Assembly (NCBI GenBank): GCA_033763455.1
Contig: JANRKO010000006.1
Coordinates: 352,001-416,000 of the forward strand
Source of the DNA: Polyangiaceae bacterium
GTDB taxonomy: Bacteria; Myxococcota_A; Polyangia; Polyangiales; Polyangiaceae
Direction: 5' to 3'
DNA length: 64,000 bases
The first letter of the stretch is position 1; each line of letters opens with the position of its first letter. This document shows, piece by piece, positions 16,848-27,094 of this stretch. The notes under the pieces were generated by a model. The model had not been told where the DNA came from, did not search any database, and saw only the letters and a program-made list of their open reading frames with translations. Position numbers and translations under genes: made by a program.

Positions 16848-17468
16848 TTAGCGTATCTTGCCGATGTTTGACACTAAGGCACAGTTGGCTACAGAACGGG
16901 CCAGACGTTGTTTTGCGAGCTCAAAGTTGTCGAGAAGCTCTACGTGCCCCTGTTTGATGCGTAGGGTACCCACGTATTCGCAGCGGTCTTTGGCTTTGGG
17001 GAACTCTAGGTTGACGACGATCGTGCCCGTCTCTCGCTGAACTCCGTTGAAGGTACTGCTGGGATGGGTTACCGCGTATCGCCCTTGGCCGCTCGAACTG
17101 TAGAGTGGTCGCATTTGGGCTCGGGTTGTGACGTTGGAGGTGGACGTCACTCCTATGGAAGTCAAATAGAAGGGCTCCTGGTCAGCGCGAACGCTAAAAA
17201 CTCCACCAGATTGGAGTGCGTCTTGGGTTAACCCACGAAGGGGAAACATTTCCTTCGGGTTGCCAAAATCCTCGCTATCCTGGAAGTACAAGTAACCGAG
17301 GGCAGTAGTTTTATCTTCTACTATTAGTTCTCCGATAACGACTCGCTCATCGGCGCCCACCCAATCAACGTTATTGGCTCGGATGTAGCCTTTCTGGCAG
17401 CCCGCGAGGCTGCAGATTACGCCGAGGAACGCTGCGATTCGACTGTCGTTACGTATTGCCACCCACAT
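16848..17468 (-). CDS. Hypothetical lipoprotein
   Basis: Long ORF with a signal peptide ending in LAGC; visibly lower GC than its neighbours. Confidence 0.6.
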   Translation of the reverse strand: MWVAIRNDSRIAAFLGVICSLAGCQKGYIRANNVDWVGADERVVIGELIVEDKTTALGYLYFQDSEDFGNPKEMFPLRGLTQDALQSGGVFSVRADQEPFYLTSIGVTSTSNVTTRAQMRPLYSSSGQGRYAVTHPSSTFNGVQRETGTIVVNLEFPKAKDRCEYVGTLRIKQGHVELLDNFELAKQRLARSVANCALVSNIGKIR

Positions 17469-17582
17469 CAGCCGCCAGCCTAGCAAGGCCCACTCACGGT
17501 GCCAATCGGTGCGTGGCGCAACGCGCAGATCAGGTGGCTTCTTCGCGTTGACCGCCTGGTAGTCGTCTGTTTGAAATCATCG

Positions 17583-17881
17583 TAGATTAACTACTGGTAG
17601 GTGTCGGCCATCCCCGTAAGTCCTCAAATCGGGCTCGGTTTTGGGATTGGGCGCTCAAGTTCCACGCTGGCCCTTTAGTGCGTGCATTATCCCCAATCCC
17701 AAAAGCGAGCAGCCGCGCTGCCCGAGGCTGATCATGTCGCAACCTTTCCGCTGCAGCGCGGAGCCTGGACGCACCCAGCCCCGCCCGCGTCTCCCGCTTC
17801 GGGAGACGCTTGGTGAGGGGCAAGCTGCCGCGAGCAGCGGCAGCTGGGGAGGGCATCTCACTCCTTGAAGCTAGATCAGGG
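17583..17881. repeat. ~300-bp multi-hairpin dispersed element, copy 1
   Basis: Collinear with 29128-29430: TAGATTAACTACT ... four stem-loops ... GATCAGGG. Confidence 0.9.
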
Positions 17882-17933
17882 AACACGCACGGCTGAAGCC
17901 AACGAAACGCTGGCCAGGCGCCTCGCCCTGAAC

Positions 17934-19208
17934 TTAGGCACTCGCGCGAGTTGAGTTGCGCCGACCTTTGGGAGCGCCGTTGGCGGAGCCGTTCGTCTTC
18001 GGGGCGGGTGCGCTTTTCGCAGCCGGTGCGCTCTTGGCCGGAGCTGCAGCTTTGCCCAGAAGATCGTCCGCCATCTTGGCAGCGCGGTGCGTGCTTTCCC
18101 AAGAGAACTCTTTGCGACCAAAGTGGCCGTAGGCCGCCGTATCGCGGTAGATGGGGCGCAACAGATCCAACTCCTCGATGAGAGCGCGCGGACGCATGTC
18201 AAACTCCTCAGAAACGTACTTCTGGAGCTTCTCATCGCCGATCTTGCCGGTGCCAAATGTGTTCACGTACACGCCCATCGGCTTGGCAACGCCGATGGCG
18301 TACGCCACCTGCACTTCGACTCGCGACGCGAGCCCGGCGGCCACAATGTTCTTCGCCACGAAGCGCGCGTAGTAGCAAGCGGAGCGATCCACCTTTGAGG
18401 GATCTTTACCGCTGAAAGCGCCGCCACCATGGCGACCCATGCCACCGTAGGTATCTACGATGATCTTACGGCCCGTGAGGCCCGCATCACCAAAAGGACC
18501 ACCGACAACAAAGCGACCCGTCGGGTTTACGAAGTACTTGGTCTTCGCATCGAGAAGGTGCTTGGGGAGGCTCTTTTTGATCACGAGCTCCATGACGGCA
18601 TCTTTGAGCGTCTTGTACTTCACGTCTTCGGAGTGTTGCGTGGAGAGCACCACAGCATCAATGCGCTTGGGCTTGTCGTTCTCGTACTCCACGGTGACCT
18701 GGCTTTTGGCGTCCGGCCGCAGAAAATCAACCTTGCCGGCTTTTCTGAGGGACGCAATCTGCTTCACCATTTGGTGTGCGTACATGATGGGGGCTGGCAT
18801 AAGCTCCGGGGTTTCGTCGCACGCGTAGCCGAACATCAGGCCTTGGTCGCCCGCGCCCTGCTCCTTGAACATCCCTTTGCCTTCGGTCACACCTTGGGAG
18901 ATATCCGGTGATTGCGGCTCAATGGCGGTGAGCACACCGCAGGTGTTGTAGTCGAAGCCCATCGAAGAATCGGTGTAGCCAATCTCTTTGACGGTCTGGC
19001 GAGCGATCTTTGCAAAATCCACCTTGGCAGTGGTGGTGATCTCGCCTGCAACGACAATAAAGCCGGTCTTGCAGAGCGTTTCGCACGCAACGCGGCTCAT
19101 CTTGTCTTGGGTCAAAATAGCGTCCAACACCGCATCGGAGATGGCGTCGCACATCTTGTCGGGATGGCCTTCAGAAACGGACTCGGAGGTGAAAAGATAT
19201 TGGCTCAT
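17934..19208 (-). CDS. metK: S-adenosylmethionine synthetase
   Basis: [35 protein letters not shown]. Confidence 0.99.
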   Translation of the reverse strand: MSQYLFTSESVSEGHPDKMCDAISDAVLDAILTQDKMSRVACETLCKTGFIVVAGEITTTAKVDFAKIARQTVKEIGYTDSSMGFDYNTCGVLTAIEPQSPDISQGVTEGKGMFKEQGAGDQGLMFGYACDETPELMPAPIMYAHQMVKQIASLRKAGKVDFLRPDAKSQVTVEYENDKPKRIDAVVLSTQHSEDVKYKTLKDAVMELVIKKSLPKHLLDAKTKYFVNPTGRFVVGGPFGDAGLTGRKIIVDTYGGMGRHGGGAFSGKDPSKVDRSACYYARFVAKNIVAAGLASRVEVQVAYAIGVAKPMGVYVNTFGTGKIGDEKLQKYVSEEFDMRPRALIEELDLLRPIYRDTAAYGHFGRKEFSWESTHRAAKMADDLLGKAAAPAKSAPAAKSAPAPKTNGSANGAPKGRRNSTRASA

Positions 19209-19355
19209 CGCGTATCGCTCGTTTGTTTGAGGTTTGTTTGGGGTCTGGGCCGTGTGTATCGGGCCGCGAAGCCCAAAAGGCGGCGGACCCTATCACGGAT
19301 TAATCGCGCTGGCAGTACGGGCGTCGAAGGGTTGGGCGGCCCAGGGCGTGCGGGT

Positions 19356-19760
19356 TCAGTCGCCAAATTCTCGGCGATTTTCGGGGGCTTGGGCGGCGGA
19401 GCCGGTGGACGGTTGCGGTGGGGCCACCCTCAGGCGTTGGGCGGGGGTCCGGTGAAGCGTCAGGCGCAGCACCCTTGGCCCACGAGTGACGGTGAGCTTG
19501 ACCGGGTCACCCGCGTCTCCGCTTAGCAATTGGCGCAGTTGTGCGTCGGTGAGGTCCGCTACTGCAACTCCGTCGATGAACAAGATCTCATCGCCCGCAA
19601 GCAGGCCCGCTTGCTCGGCGGCCAAACCCTTCGGCGCCTCGCGAATCGTGACACGCCCCGAAGCATCTTTCGCCAACAAAGCTCCGATGGTCCCGCGAGG
19701 CGCAGCGCAGCCGACCAAGGACGCGGCCAGGAGCGTGACGGCGGCGCAGCGGATTTTCAC
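19356..19760 (-). CDS. PDZ-domain lipoprotein
   Basis: LVGC lipobox; AEQAGLLAGDEILFIDG PDZ motif. Confidence 0.85.
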   Translation of the reverse strand: MKIRCAAVTLLAASLVGCAAPRGTIGALLAKDASGRVTIREAPKGLAAEQAGLLAGDEILFIDGVAVADLTDAQLRQLLSGDAGDPVKLTVTRGPRVLRLTLHRTPAQRLRVAPPQPSTGSAAQAPENRREFGD

Positions 19761-20942
19761 TTAGCTACGGTACCCGGCGTTAACGTCTACATATTGGTGG
19801 CCGAGATCCGTCATGAAGTAGCGAACATGGCCAGGCCCTGCCCCCAGGCGTACGTGGATGGAGAACTTCGGGCCCTTCATAACTTCCTTCGCTCGCGCCT
19901 CGGCCTCACTGCCGACTCCGACGCCGCGTTCCACGATCACGACATCGTTGATAGCTATTTGCGCAACGTTCGGATCAAACAACACCCCAGAACGACCGGC
20001 TGCCGCCAAAATTCTGCCCCAATTCGGATCGCAGCCGGCAATGGTGGTCTTCACTAAGAGTGAGGTGGCGATCGTTTTGGCGACCTTGAAGGCTTCGGCT
20101 TCCGTGCCCACGCCGCTCACCTTGAGCTCCACCAGATGTTCGCTGCCCTCGCCATCGGCGACAATAGACTGTGCGAGCTCAGCGAACACGGTGGTCAATG
20201 CCGCCTCAAGCTCCTGCTCAGTAGCCTCGCCGGCCGCACCCGAAGCCAAGACGAAAACGCTGTCGTTGGTGCTGGTGTCCCCGTCTACGGAGCAGGCATT
20301 GAACGTAAGATCAGTCGCTCGTTCCAATGCGCGAGCAAGTGTTGCAGCGCTGCATTTCGCGTCGGTTACAGCGAAAGCCAGCATGGTGGCGTGGAGCTTG
20401 CCGTCGGCTGAGAGGTCTGGGTGGATCATTCCGGCGCCTTTGGCCATTGCGAGCACGCGGGCTCCGCTGCCACCTGGAATGGCTGCCTGGGCGAGCTTGG
20501 GCCAGCGATCTGTGGTGAGGATCGCCTGAGAAAAAGCCTCATAGCCGTCTGAGGCAAGGCCACCTATCAAATCAGGGACGCGCCCCAAAATGAGCTCGGC
20601 TCGCAGCACTTCCCCAATAACCCCCGTGGAGGCAGGCAACACCTGCTCAGGCGGACAACCAAGAGCTTCGGCTATTGCGTTGGTGGTGGTGAGCGTGGCG
20701 GCAAGACCGGCTTCACCGGTACAGGCATTCGCACAACCGCTATTCACCAAGATGGCTCGCGCAACACCGGTGCGTACGCGCGTCAACGCAACTTCTACGG
20801 GAGCTGCTTTTACTAAGTTGCGAGTGAAAACGCCGGCCGCGGTGGCTGGAGCATCTGCTACCAACAAACCGACATCTCTGCCGCCGCGCTTCTTCAGCCC
20901 GCACTCCAAGCCCGCGAAACGAAAGCCCTTAGGAACGATCAT
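19761..20942 (-). CDS. argJ: Ornithine acetyltransferase / glutamate N-acetyltransferase
   Basis: NSGCANACTG, STGVIG, KGAGMIHP, ATML, DGDTSTND, DGEG, DPNWGRI. Confidence 0.97.
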   Translation of the reverse strand: MIVPKGFRFAGLECGLKKRGGRDVGLLVADAPATAAGVFTRNLVKAAPVEVALTRVRTGVARAILVNSGCANACTGEAGLAATLTTTNAIAEALGCPPEQVLPASTGVIGEVLRAELILGRVPDLIGGLASDGYEAFSQAILTTDRWPKLAQAAIPGGSGARVLAMAKGAGMIHPDLSADGKLHATMLAFAVTDAKCSAATLARALERATDLTFNACSVDGDTSTNDSVFVLASGAAGEATEQELEAALTTVFAELAQSIVADGEGSEHLVELKVSGVGTEAEAFKVAKTIATSLLVKTTIAGCDPNWGRILAAAGRSGVLFDPNVAQIAINDVVIVERGVGVGSEAEARAKEVMKGPKFSIHVRLGAGPGHVRYFMTDLGHQYVDVNAGYRS

Positions 20943-20965
20943 GCGGGGCTTATATCAGCACCTTT

Positions 20966-21041
20966 TGGAGCCGTCGATCGGACTTGAACCGATGACCTGT
21001 GCTTTACGAAAGCACTGCTCTACCAACTGAGCTACGACGGC
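20966..21041 (-). tRNA. tRNA-Thr (anticodon CGT)
   Basis: Reverse complement GCCGTCGTAGCTCAGTTGGTAGAGCAGTGCTTTCGTAAAGCACAGGTCATCGGTTCAAGTCCGATCGACGGCTCCA; full cloverleaf with encoded CCA. Confidence 0.97.
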
Positions 21042-21201
21042 GAAAGATGGGCACCGGTACTATCCCAGGCGCCCAACCCTGTAAACCAAACTTTGGCGGA
21101 TTTACCCACTTTCGCTGGGTTTTCCGCTGTGGGCTCGGCCTTTGAGTGAGGGCATGGGGGCAGCATGTGCACCCCCAGAAGCGGCCTGAATGCGGGAGAA
21201 C

Positions 21202-22083
21202 TTAACCCGTTGAGGCCCCGCTGGCAGTTTTTCGAAGGCGGCACAGGTACATGGGCCCCATTCCGCCCGCATCTGGCAGGAAGCTCCAGCCAAACCGCTC
21301 GGCCTGTCCCACGCTGAACCTGACGGGCTCCTCTTCGCACGCTGAGCCCAACTTTCGTAACAGCCGGCCCACCACGCGGGAGTTTTCGTCTTCGACGAGC
21401 GCGCACGTTGCGTACACCAATACGCCGCCGGGCTTCAAACTGGCGAAAGCGGAACGAAGCAATGAGTATTGCTGAACCGCCAGGTGCTGAACTCGGGCTT
21501 CCGACCAAGCAGCGAGGGCCGCTGGATCAGAAAGCACGTGACGTTCCGATGAACACGGCGCGTCGAGCAGAATGCGATCGAATTGCTCGGGCTGGTACCG
21601 CCCAAAGCGCGAGGCATCGTAGCCGCGCACTTCGATCTGTTCACGTATTTCGGCGGGCAGATATTCGGAAAGGACGCGCAAGAGGCGTGTGCGCCGCGCT
21701 CTGGAGAGTTCATTGAGAACCAGCGGCCGCAAGCTGGGGTGAGGGAGGCCCCGTTCGGATTGGGTGTCAGCAGGGCTCAGTGCTTGGCCTGCATTCTGTG
21801 CGAGAAACAGTTTCTCGGCTAGGATCAAGGATTTGCCGCCAGGGGCCGCGCACATATCCAGGACGCGCATCCCCGGTTCAACCAGCAAGCTCTCGGCGAC
21901 CAGAATCGAAGCTCCATCCATGCTGTACGTCGCGGATAGCTCGGGTCGCGCGACAGAGAACGCGTTCAGCCGTTGCGTGTGCACGCTCTCCGCCAAGAGT
22001 GCCGCACGCAGTGTTGCCCAACGTTCGCCGAAGCGCCGTTGATAAAATTCTTCGAAACCGAGCGCGCCGCGCAACCGAGCCAT
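21202..22083 (-). CDS. RsmB/NOP-family RNA m5C methyltransferase
   Basis: VLDMCAAPGGKS, FDRILLDAPCS, LVYATC...EN. Confidence 0.92.
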   Translation of the reverse strand: MARLRGALGFEEFYQRRFGERWATLRAALLAESVHTQRLNAFSVARPELSATYSMDGASILVAESLLVEPGMRVLDMCAAPGGKSLILAEKLFLAQNAGQALSPADTQSERGLPHPSLRPLVLNELSRARRTRLLRVLSEYLPAEIREQIEVRGYDASRFGRYQPEQFDRILLDAPCSSERHVLSDPAALAAWSEARVQHLAVQQYSLLRSAFASLKPGGVLVYATCALVEDENSRVVGRLLRKLGSACEEEPVRFSVGQAERFGWSFLPDAGGMGPMYLCRLRKTASGASTG

Positions 22084-22229
22084 GGGGTGAGCAGTCTACC
22101 GGTCTCGCAAAATCAAGAAACCCAAGCCAAGGCTGATGGAGGTTCGCTGCACCTGTCACCCTCCCGGCAGCACAGCCGGCTAGGCCTCCCAAACCACGTT
22201 GGCGACCAATCTGGTGGGGTCGGTGCGGA

Positions 22230-22293
22230 CGGCAGTTTTTGACACATGGAGAAATCTGCCGCGGCAGTTTTTGACACATGGAGAAATCTGCCG
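22230..22293. repeat. Perfect 32-bp tandem duplication of an imperfect palindrome containing TTGACA
   Basis: CGGCAGTTTTTGACACATGGAGAAATCTGCCG x2, ending 12 bp upstream of the AAA+ ATPase ATG. Confidence 0.93.
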
Positions 22294-22305
22294 TAGCCTA
22301 ACCCG

Positions 22306-23427
22306 ATGAAAAACCTCCGGAAACGCTACCTCACGCCCCAGATCACGGCTGATCTTGGGCGCAAGATGGTCTTTCTGGCGGGTGCACGCCAAGTGGGAAA
22401 AACGACTCTCGCGAGGGCGCTGCCAGGGGCCAAGAACGGCTATCTCAACTGGGATGATGACCACGACCGCCATCTCATGTTGAGTCGGGAGCTTCCGGCA
22501 TCGCCACTCTGGGTTTTCGACGAAATCCACAAGTATCGTTCCTGGCGTGGTTGGTTGAAGGGCCTCTACGATAAGCGTCTGCCCAATCAGCGGATCCTCG
22601 TGACTGGGAGTGCGCGCCTCGATTTGTATCGGTATGGAGGCGATTCCCTGCAGGGGCGTTATCACCTCTTACGGCTGCATCCCTTGAGCCTTGCTGAGCT
22701 CAAGCTCACCACGCAGTCAGATTTTCTGAGCCTGCTGCGGTTGGGTGGATTTCCAGAGCCATTTTTCGGTGGCTCCGAAGTCGAAGCTCGACGCTGGTCG
22801 CGCGACTACCGCGCTCGCCTGGTGCGAGATGATATTGCTAGCCTGGAACCCATCGCTGACCTCGGGAACATTGAGCTCCTGATGCAACGGTTGCCTGCCC
22901 TCGTAGGATCTCCGCTTTCGATCAACGCGCTGCGCGAAGATCTACAAGTGAGCCACAAGCTGCTTGAAAGCTGGGTGGGCGTGCTCGAAAGGATGTACGC
23001 CGTCTTCCGCGTACCACCTTTTGGCACCCCCCGCCTCAGGGCCATAAAGAAGGAACAAAAACATTACCATCTGGACTGGAGCCTGGTTGCCAACGAGGGC
23101 GCACGCTTCGAAAACTTGGTGGCTTGCCATTTACTAAAGTGGGTCCACTTCATCGAAGACACGGAAGGGCGTGACGTGGAGCTGCGATATTTTCGCGATC
23201 GCGATGGCCGGGAGGTGGACTTCGTAGTTGTCGAAGGGAACAAGCCGATCCTGATGGTTGAAGCCAAACTTTCGGATACAGCTCCCGATCGCAGCCTTCG
23301 TTACCTCGCCGCCAAGTTTCCGGGGGTACCAGCGATCCAAGTTACCGCTGCAAACGCGAAAGATTTCGTCACGCCTGAGGGCATTTCAGTGCGTCCGGCG
23401 CTTGGGTTCCTGCGTACCTTGATTTAA
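22306..23427 (+). CDS. AAA_14 ATPase with DUF4143 / PD-(D/E)xK-like C-terminus
   Basis: GARQVGKTT, FDEIH, VTGSA, SLQGR, GGFPE, FENLV, YFRDRDGREVDFV, VEAK. Confidence 0.92.
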   Translation: MKNLRKRYLTPQITADLGRKMVFLAGARQVGKTTLARALPGAKNGYLNWDDDHDRHLMLSRELPASPLWVFDEIHKYRSWRGWLKGLYDKRLPNQRILVTGSARLDLYRYGGDSLQGRYHLLRLHPLSLAELKLTTQSDFLSLLRLGGFPEPFFGGSEVEARRWSRDYRARLVRDDIASLEPIADLGNIELLMQRLPALVGSPLSINALREDLQVSHKLLESWVGVLERMYAVFRVPPFGTPRLRAIKKEQKHYHLDWSLVANEGARFENLVACHLLKWVHFIEDTEGRDVELRYFRDRDGREVDFVVVEGNKPILMVEAKLSDTAPDRSLRYLAAKFPGVPAIQVTAANAKDFVTPEGISVRPALGFLRTLI

Positions 23428-23451
23428 ATCCCCCCCTCCGCTCGGGACGCT

Positions 23452-25071
23452 TCAGTCCTCGTAGTCCGGATTTTGCCAGGGCTGCTTCGGCTCGCCGTCG
23501 TCCTTCTCCACGATGAGGCAACGCGTGGTGAGCAGTGTGCCCGCGACGGAAGCCGCGTGCTCCAGAGCGCAACGAACCACTTTGGTGGGATCGATCACAC
23601 CGCTCTTGATGAGATCTTCGTATTCGCCTGTAGCGGCGTTCAAGCCGAAACCGCCGCTTCCATTGCGAACTTTGTCGATCACCACGCTCGGCTCAAGACC
23701 AGCATTCGAAGAGATCATGCGCAGGGGCTCTTCAAGGCACCGGCGCACAATGTTGACCCCGACGCGTTCGCCATCAGTGACTGTGAGCTTGTCGAGCACA
23801 CTCTGGCAGCGCAAAAGAGCCACGCCACCACCGGGTACGATGCCTTCCTGTGCCGCCGCGCGTGTGGCGTACATCGCGTCTTCCACGCGATCTTTACGTT
23901 CCTTGAGTGCCATCTCGCTGTGGGCGCCCACCTTGATCACAGCAATGCCGCCGCTCATCTTGGCCAGGCGTTCCTGCAGCTTTTCCTTGTCAAAATCGCT
24001 GGAAGTCTCCTCGATTTGACGACGGATGAGCTCCTGGCGCCCTGTGATGGCCGCCTTGTCGCCCAGGCCGTCGACGATCAGCGTGTTTTCGTGATCCATG
24101 ACCGCGCGGCGGCAGCGGCCGAGATCCGCCAGGGTGGCGCTTTCGATCTTGCGACCGGTCTCTTCCGCGATGACGACACCGCCCGTGAGCACGCCGAGAT
24201 CTGCCAGGATTTCTTTACGCCGATCGCCAAAAGCCGGCGACTTCACCGCGCAGCACTGCAAGGTGCCGCGCATCCGGTTGATCACCAAGGTAGCTAGCGC
24301 CTCAGGATCGAAATCTTCCGCGATGATGAGAAGCGGCTTGTTAGCCTTCACCACCTGCTCCAGTAGTGGAACGAGCTCAGCGAGGTTCGAGATCTTGCGC
24401 TGGTGCAACAGCACATAGGGATCTTCGAGTACGCACTGCATGCGCGCAGAGTCCGTCACGAAGTACGGCGACATGTAGCCCTTATCGAACTGCATGCCAT
24501 CTACCGTTTCGAGCACGGTTTCAGTGTTTTTCGCCTCTTCAATCGTGATGACGCCGTCTTTGCCCACCTTCTCCATGGCTTGAGCGAGCATCTGGCCCAC
24601 CTCTTCGTCGCCGTTGGCGCTGATGGTTCCGATGCGCGCGATTTGTTCGTTGGTTTCGATGGGGCGCGAGAGCTTCTTCAACTCCGCAACCACAGCTTCC
24701 ACGGCGATGTCGATACCGCGCTTGATGAACATAGCGTCGTGGCGAGCCGCCACCATCGCCGCGCCTTCACGATAGATGGCCTCGGCGAGCACAGTGGCTG
24801 TGGTAGTGCCGTCGCCCGCTAGCTCCGCCGTCTTGGAGGCGACTTCGCGTACCAGACGGACTCCCACGTTCTGAAGGCGATTGGGTAGGTCGATCTCCTT
24901 GGCGACGGTGACACCGTCCTTAGTAATGCGGGGTTGGGAAGCACCACTGCTGAACACCACATTTCGCCCCTTGGGGCCCAAGGTTACCTTGACGGCTCGG
25001 GCTAACGCCTCGACACCATCGAGCAAATGCTTCTGAGCTACTAGATCGTATACAATCTCACGTGCGGCCAT
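23452..25071 (-). CDS. groEL: Chaperonin GroEL (stand-alone paralog)
   Basis: [50 protein letters not shown]. Confidence 0.98.
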   Translation of the reverse strand: MAAREIVYDLVAQKHLLDGVEALARAVKVTLGPKGRNVVFSSGASQPRITKDGVTVAKEIDLPNRLQNVGVRLVREVASKTAELAGDGTTTATVLAEAIYREGAAMVAARHDAMFIKRGIDIAVEAVVAELKKLSRPIETNEQIARIGTISANGDEEVGQMLAQAMEKVGKDGVITIEEAKNTETVLETVDGMQFDKGYMSPYFVTDSARMQCVLEDPYVLLHQRKISNLAELVPLLEQVVKANKPLLIIAEDFDPEALATLVINRMRGTLQCCAVKSPAFGDRRKEILADLGVLTGGVVIAEETGRKIESATLADLGRCRRAVMDHENTLIVDGLGDKAAITGRQELIRRQIEETSSDFDKEKLQERLAKMSGGIAVIKVGAHSEMALKERKDRVEDAMYATRAAAQEGIVPGGGVALLRCQSVLDKLTVTDGERVGVNIVRRCLEEPLRMISSNAGLEPSVVIDKVRNGSGGFGLNAATGEYEDLIKSGVIDPTKVVRCALEHAASVAGTLLTTRCLIVEKDDGEPKQPWQNPDYED

Positions 25072-25212
25072 TGCTTAAGCTTCTCCTCGGGGCGCGCAAT
25101 GTGCGCACCGGGCCGGCCGCTGGCAAGGGGAGAATTGGGGGTCAGAGGCGAATTTGACCCCACTCGCTGGCGTTGCGGTACTTGGCTGCCGTGTTCCGCT
25201 TGAGGGTCATCC

Positions 25213-27087
25213 ATGAGTTTTCGAAAAATTTCCGCTGAGACGCGGATTCTCCCGCCTGTTGTCAACGTGAGCCCCGGAAATAGTCCGAGGGGCGTGAGGT
25301 CCGGCTGGCCAATCGCGGTCATCTCGGTCTTCGGCCTCGTTGCCCAAGGCTGCTCCGGCGGGGACAGTTCTCGGAACTCCAGCCCATCGCGGCCAGGAGC
25401 ATACGCGGGTTCTGGCAACGTGATGGCCTCGGGAGGCACGGGCTCGGGAGGCAGCCCGGTAGCGAGCTCGGGCGGTACCAGTGGATCAGGCGTCCCCAAC
25501 GCTCCGGTCGACTGTGCCACTCGGCCACCACCGGCGCCGACGCCACTTCGGCGCCTCACGTTGGAGCAGTATCAGAACAGTGTGCGTGAGCTTTTGGCCC
25601 AAGCGCCCGGAGCCAGCAAAGCCGCTGAAGGAGTATTTGCTCAGCTGCCTGTGGACGGCAGGAACCAAGATGTCTTCACGAGCATGGACGATCGCGTGTC
25701 GCAGAGCCACGTCGATGGCTTCTACAACATTGCCAAGGCCGTCGCAGGAATCCTTCGCAGCAACGCGAACGAAGCTCAAGCGTTGAGTTGCCCTACGATT
25801 GACCAGCCGTGTTTCAACACATTCGTTAGGAATTTTGGGTTGCGTGCGTTTCGTCGTCCGCTCTTGGCTCCCGAGCTTGCTCGCTACGGGGAATTGTTCG
25901 GCTTGGAGGGCACTGGCGAAGGGGCTGTCGCCGCGGCGACATTTTCGTTCCTAATGGCGCCCGAGTTTCTGTACCGCGTGGAAGTGAACGGCACCCCAGC
26001 ACCTGCCAACGCGCTTGAGCTAACGCTTTCGGATTTTGAAAAGGCCACGCGCCTGGCGCATCATTTCTGGCATGGCCCCCCGGACGCAGAGTTGCTTTCT
26101 GCGGCCGAAAAAGGGCAACTGAGCACTCCGAGCGGGTTTGAGGCAGAGCTCTTGAGGGTGGCGGCGGCGCCTCAATCCGAGGTTGCTTTGCGGCGGTTCT
26201 GGGGCCAGTGGCTCGGCGTGGAGGGGTTCCACGGCTTCGTCGATACTCCCGCGTTTCGTGCCTTCGCTGGTACTCCGCAGCCGGGCGCCGTTTTGGCAGA
26301 TGCTTTGAAGCAAGAGTTGTGGGCCATGGTGAATGCTTTCACGTGGCAAGGTTCCGGAACGCTCTCGGACCTTTTTACCACTACCGATGTTTTCGCCACC
26401 TCGCCCGAACTGGCGGCCATCTACGGTGTTCCGGCGTGGGATGGTACTTCCAAACGAACGCAGTTTGGTCCAAATGGGCGCACCGGCTTACTCACGCGTG
26501 CAGGTTTACTGGTGAGCGGCAATGAGCTCACGAACCCTATCAAGCGTGGCGCTTTCGTGCTCAAGCACCTGCAATGCGTTCAACTTTCCCCGCCCGCCAA
26601 CTTGCCCGCGGAAGCGCTCGCGTTGCCCACGATCGATCCCAAACAAAGTACGCGTCAGCGCTTCGCGGCAAAGACCTCCCCTGCCGAATGTGCGGCTTGC
26701 CACACAACCTTCAATCCCTACGGCTTTGCGTTCGAGGAGTACGACGCCTTGGGTCGCCTTCGTACCACGGAGAAAGTGTTCGACGATGCCGGCACGTTGT
26801 TAGCGGAGGTGCCCGTGGATGCGAGCGTAACGGCAACCATCGATAACAAGCCGGTTGCGGTTAAGGGAGCGGCCGACCTTTCGGCGGCCCTCGCCACTTC
26901 CGACGCCGTGAGCCAGTGTATTGCTCAACAATACTTCGCTTACACCTTCGGCCGCCCTGCTGCCGGAGCTGATCAATGTGTGGTGGCCGAGCTGGGCACG
27001 GCGCTCAAGGCCACGGGGCTCAACGGATTTGTGAAAGCTATAGCTAAAACGAGTGCGTTCCAGGAACGCGTGATCGGGACTCCCTGA
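25213..27087 (+). CDS. DUF1592/DUF1588-type lipoprotein with CxxCH
   Basis: LRRLTLEQYQNSV, GLRAFRRPL, PEFLYR, RTGLLTRAG, NPIKRG, CAACH..FNPYGFAFEEYDALGR. Confidence 0.88.
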   Translation: MSFRKISAETRILPPVVNVSPGNSPRGVRSGWPIAVISVFGLVAQGCSGGDSSRNSSPSRPGAYAGSGNVMASGGTGSGGSPVASSGGTSGSGVPNAPVDCATRPPPAPTPLRRLTLEQYQNSVRELLAQAPGASKAAEGVFAQLPVDGRNQDVFTSMDDRVSQSHVDGFYNIAKAVAGILRSNANEAQALSCPTIDQPCFNTFVRNFGLRAFRRPLLAPELARYGELFGLEGTGEGAVAAATFSFLMAPEFLYRVEVNGTPAPANALELTLSDFEKATRLAHHFWHGPPDAELLSAAEKGQLSTPSGFEAELLRVAAAPQSEVALRRFWGQWLGVEGFHGFVDTPAFRAFAGTPQPGAVLADALKQELWAMVNAFTWQGSGTLSDLFTTTDVFATSPELAAIYGVPAWDGTSKRTQFGPNGRTGLLTRAGLLVSGNELTNPIKRGAFVLKHLQCVQLSPPANLPAEALALPTIDPKQSTRQRFAAKTSPAECAACHTTFNPYGFAFEEYDALGRLRTTEKVFDDAGTLLAEVPVDASVTATIDNKPVAVKGAADLSAALATSDAVSQCIAQQYFAYTFGRPAAGADQCVVAELGTALKATGLNGFVKAIAKTSAFQERVIGTP

Positions 27088-27094
27088 GGTTGCC

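Noticed and set aside
17641..17868. Similar short ORFs (IPNPK.EQPRCPRL...) here and at 29174
   Set aside because: Translations of the repeated hairpin element; their starts and stops are not conserved between copies, so probably non-coding
19209..19355. SAM riboswitch upstream of metK
   Set aside because: No recognisable SAM riboswitch consensus by eye; an Rfam scan would be needed
20966..23427. Integrative element at tRNA-Thr
   Set aside because: No integrase and no duplicated tRNA 3' end (att site) seen; argJ follows the tRNA directly
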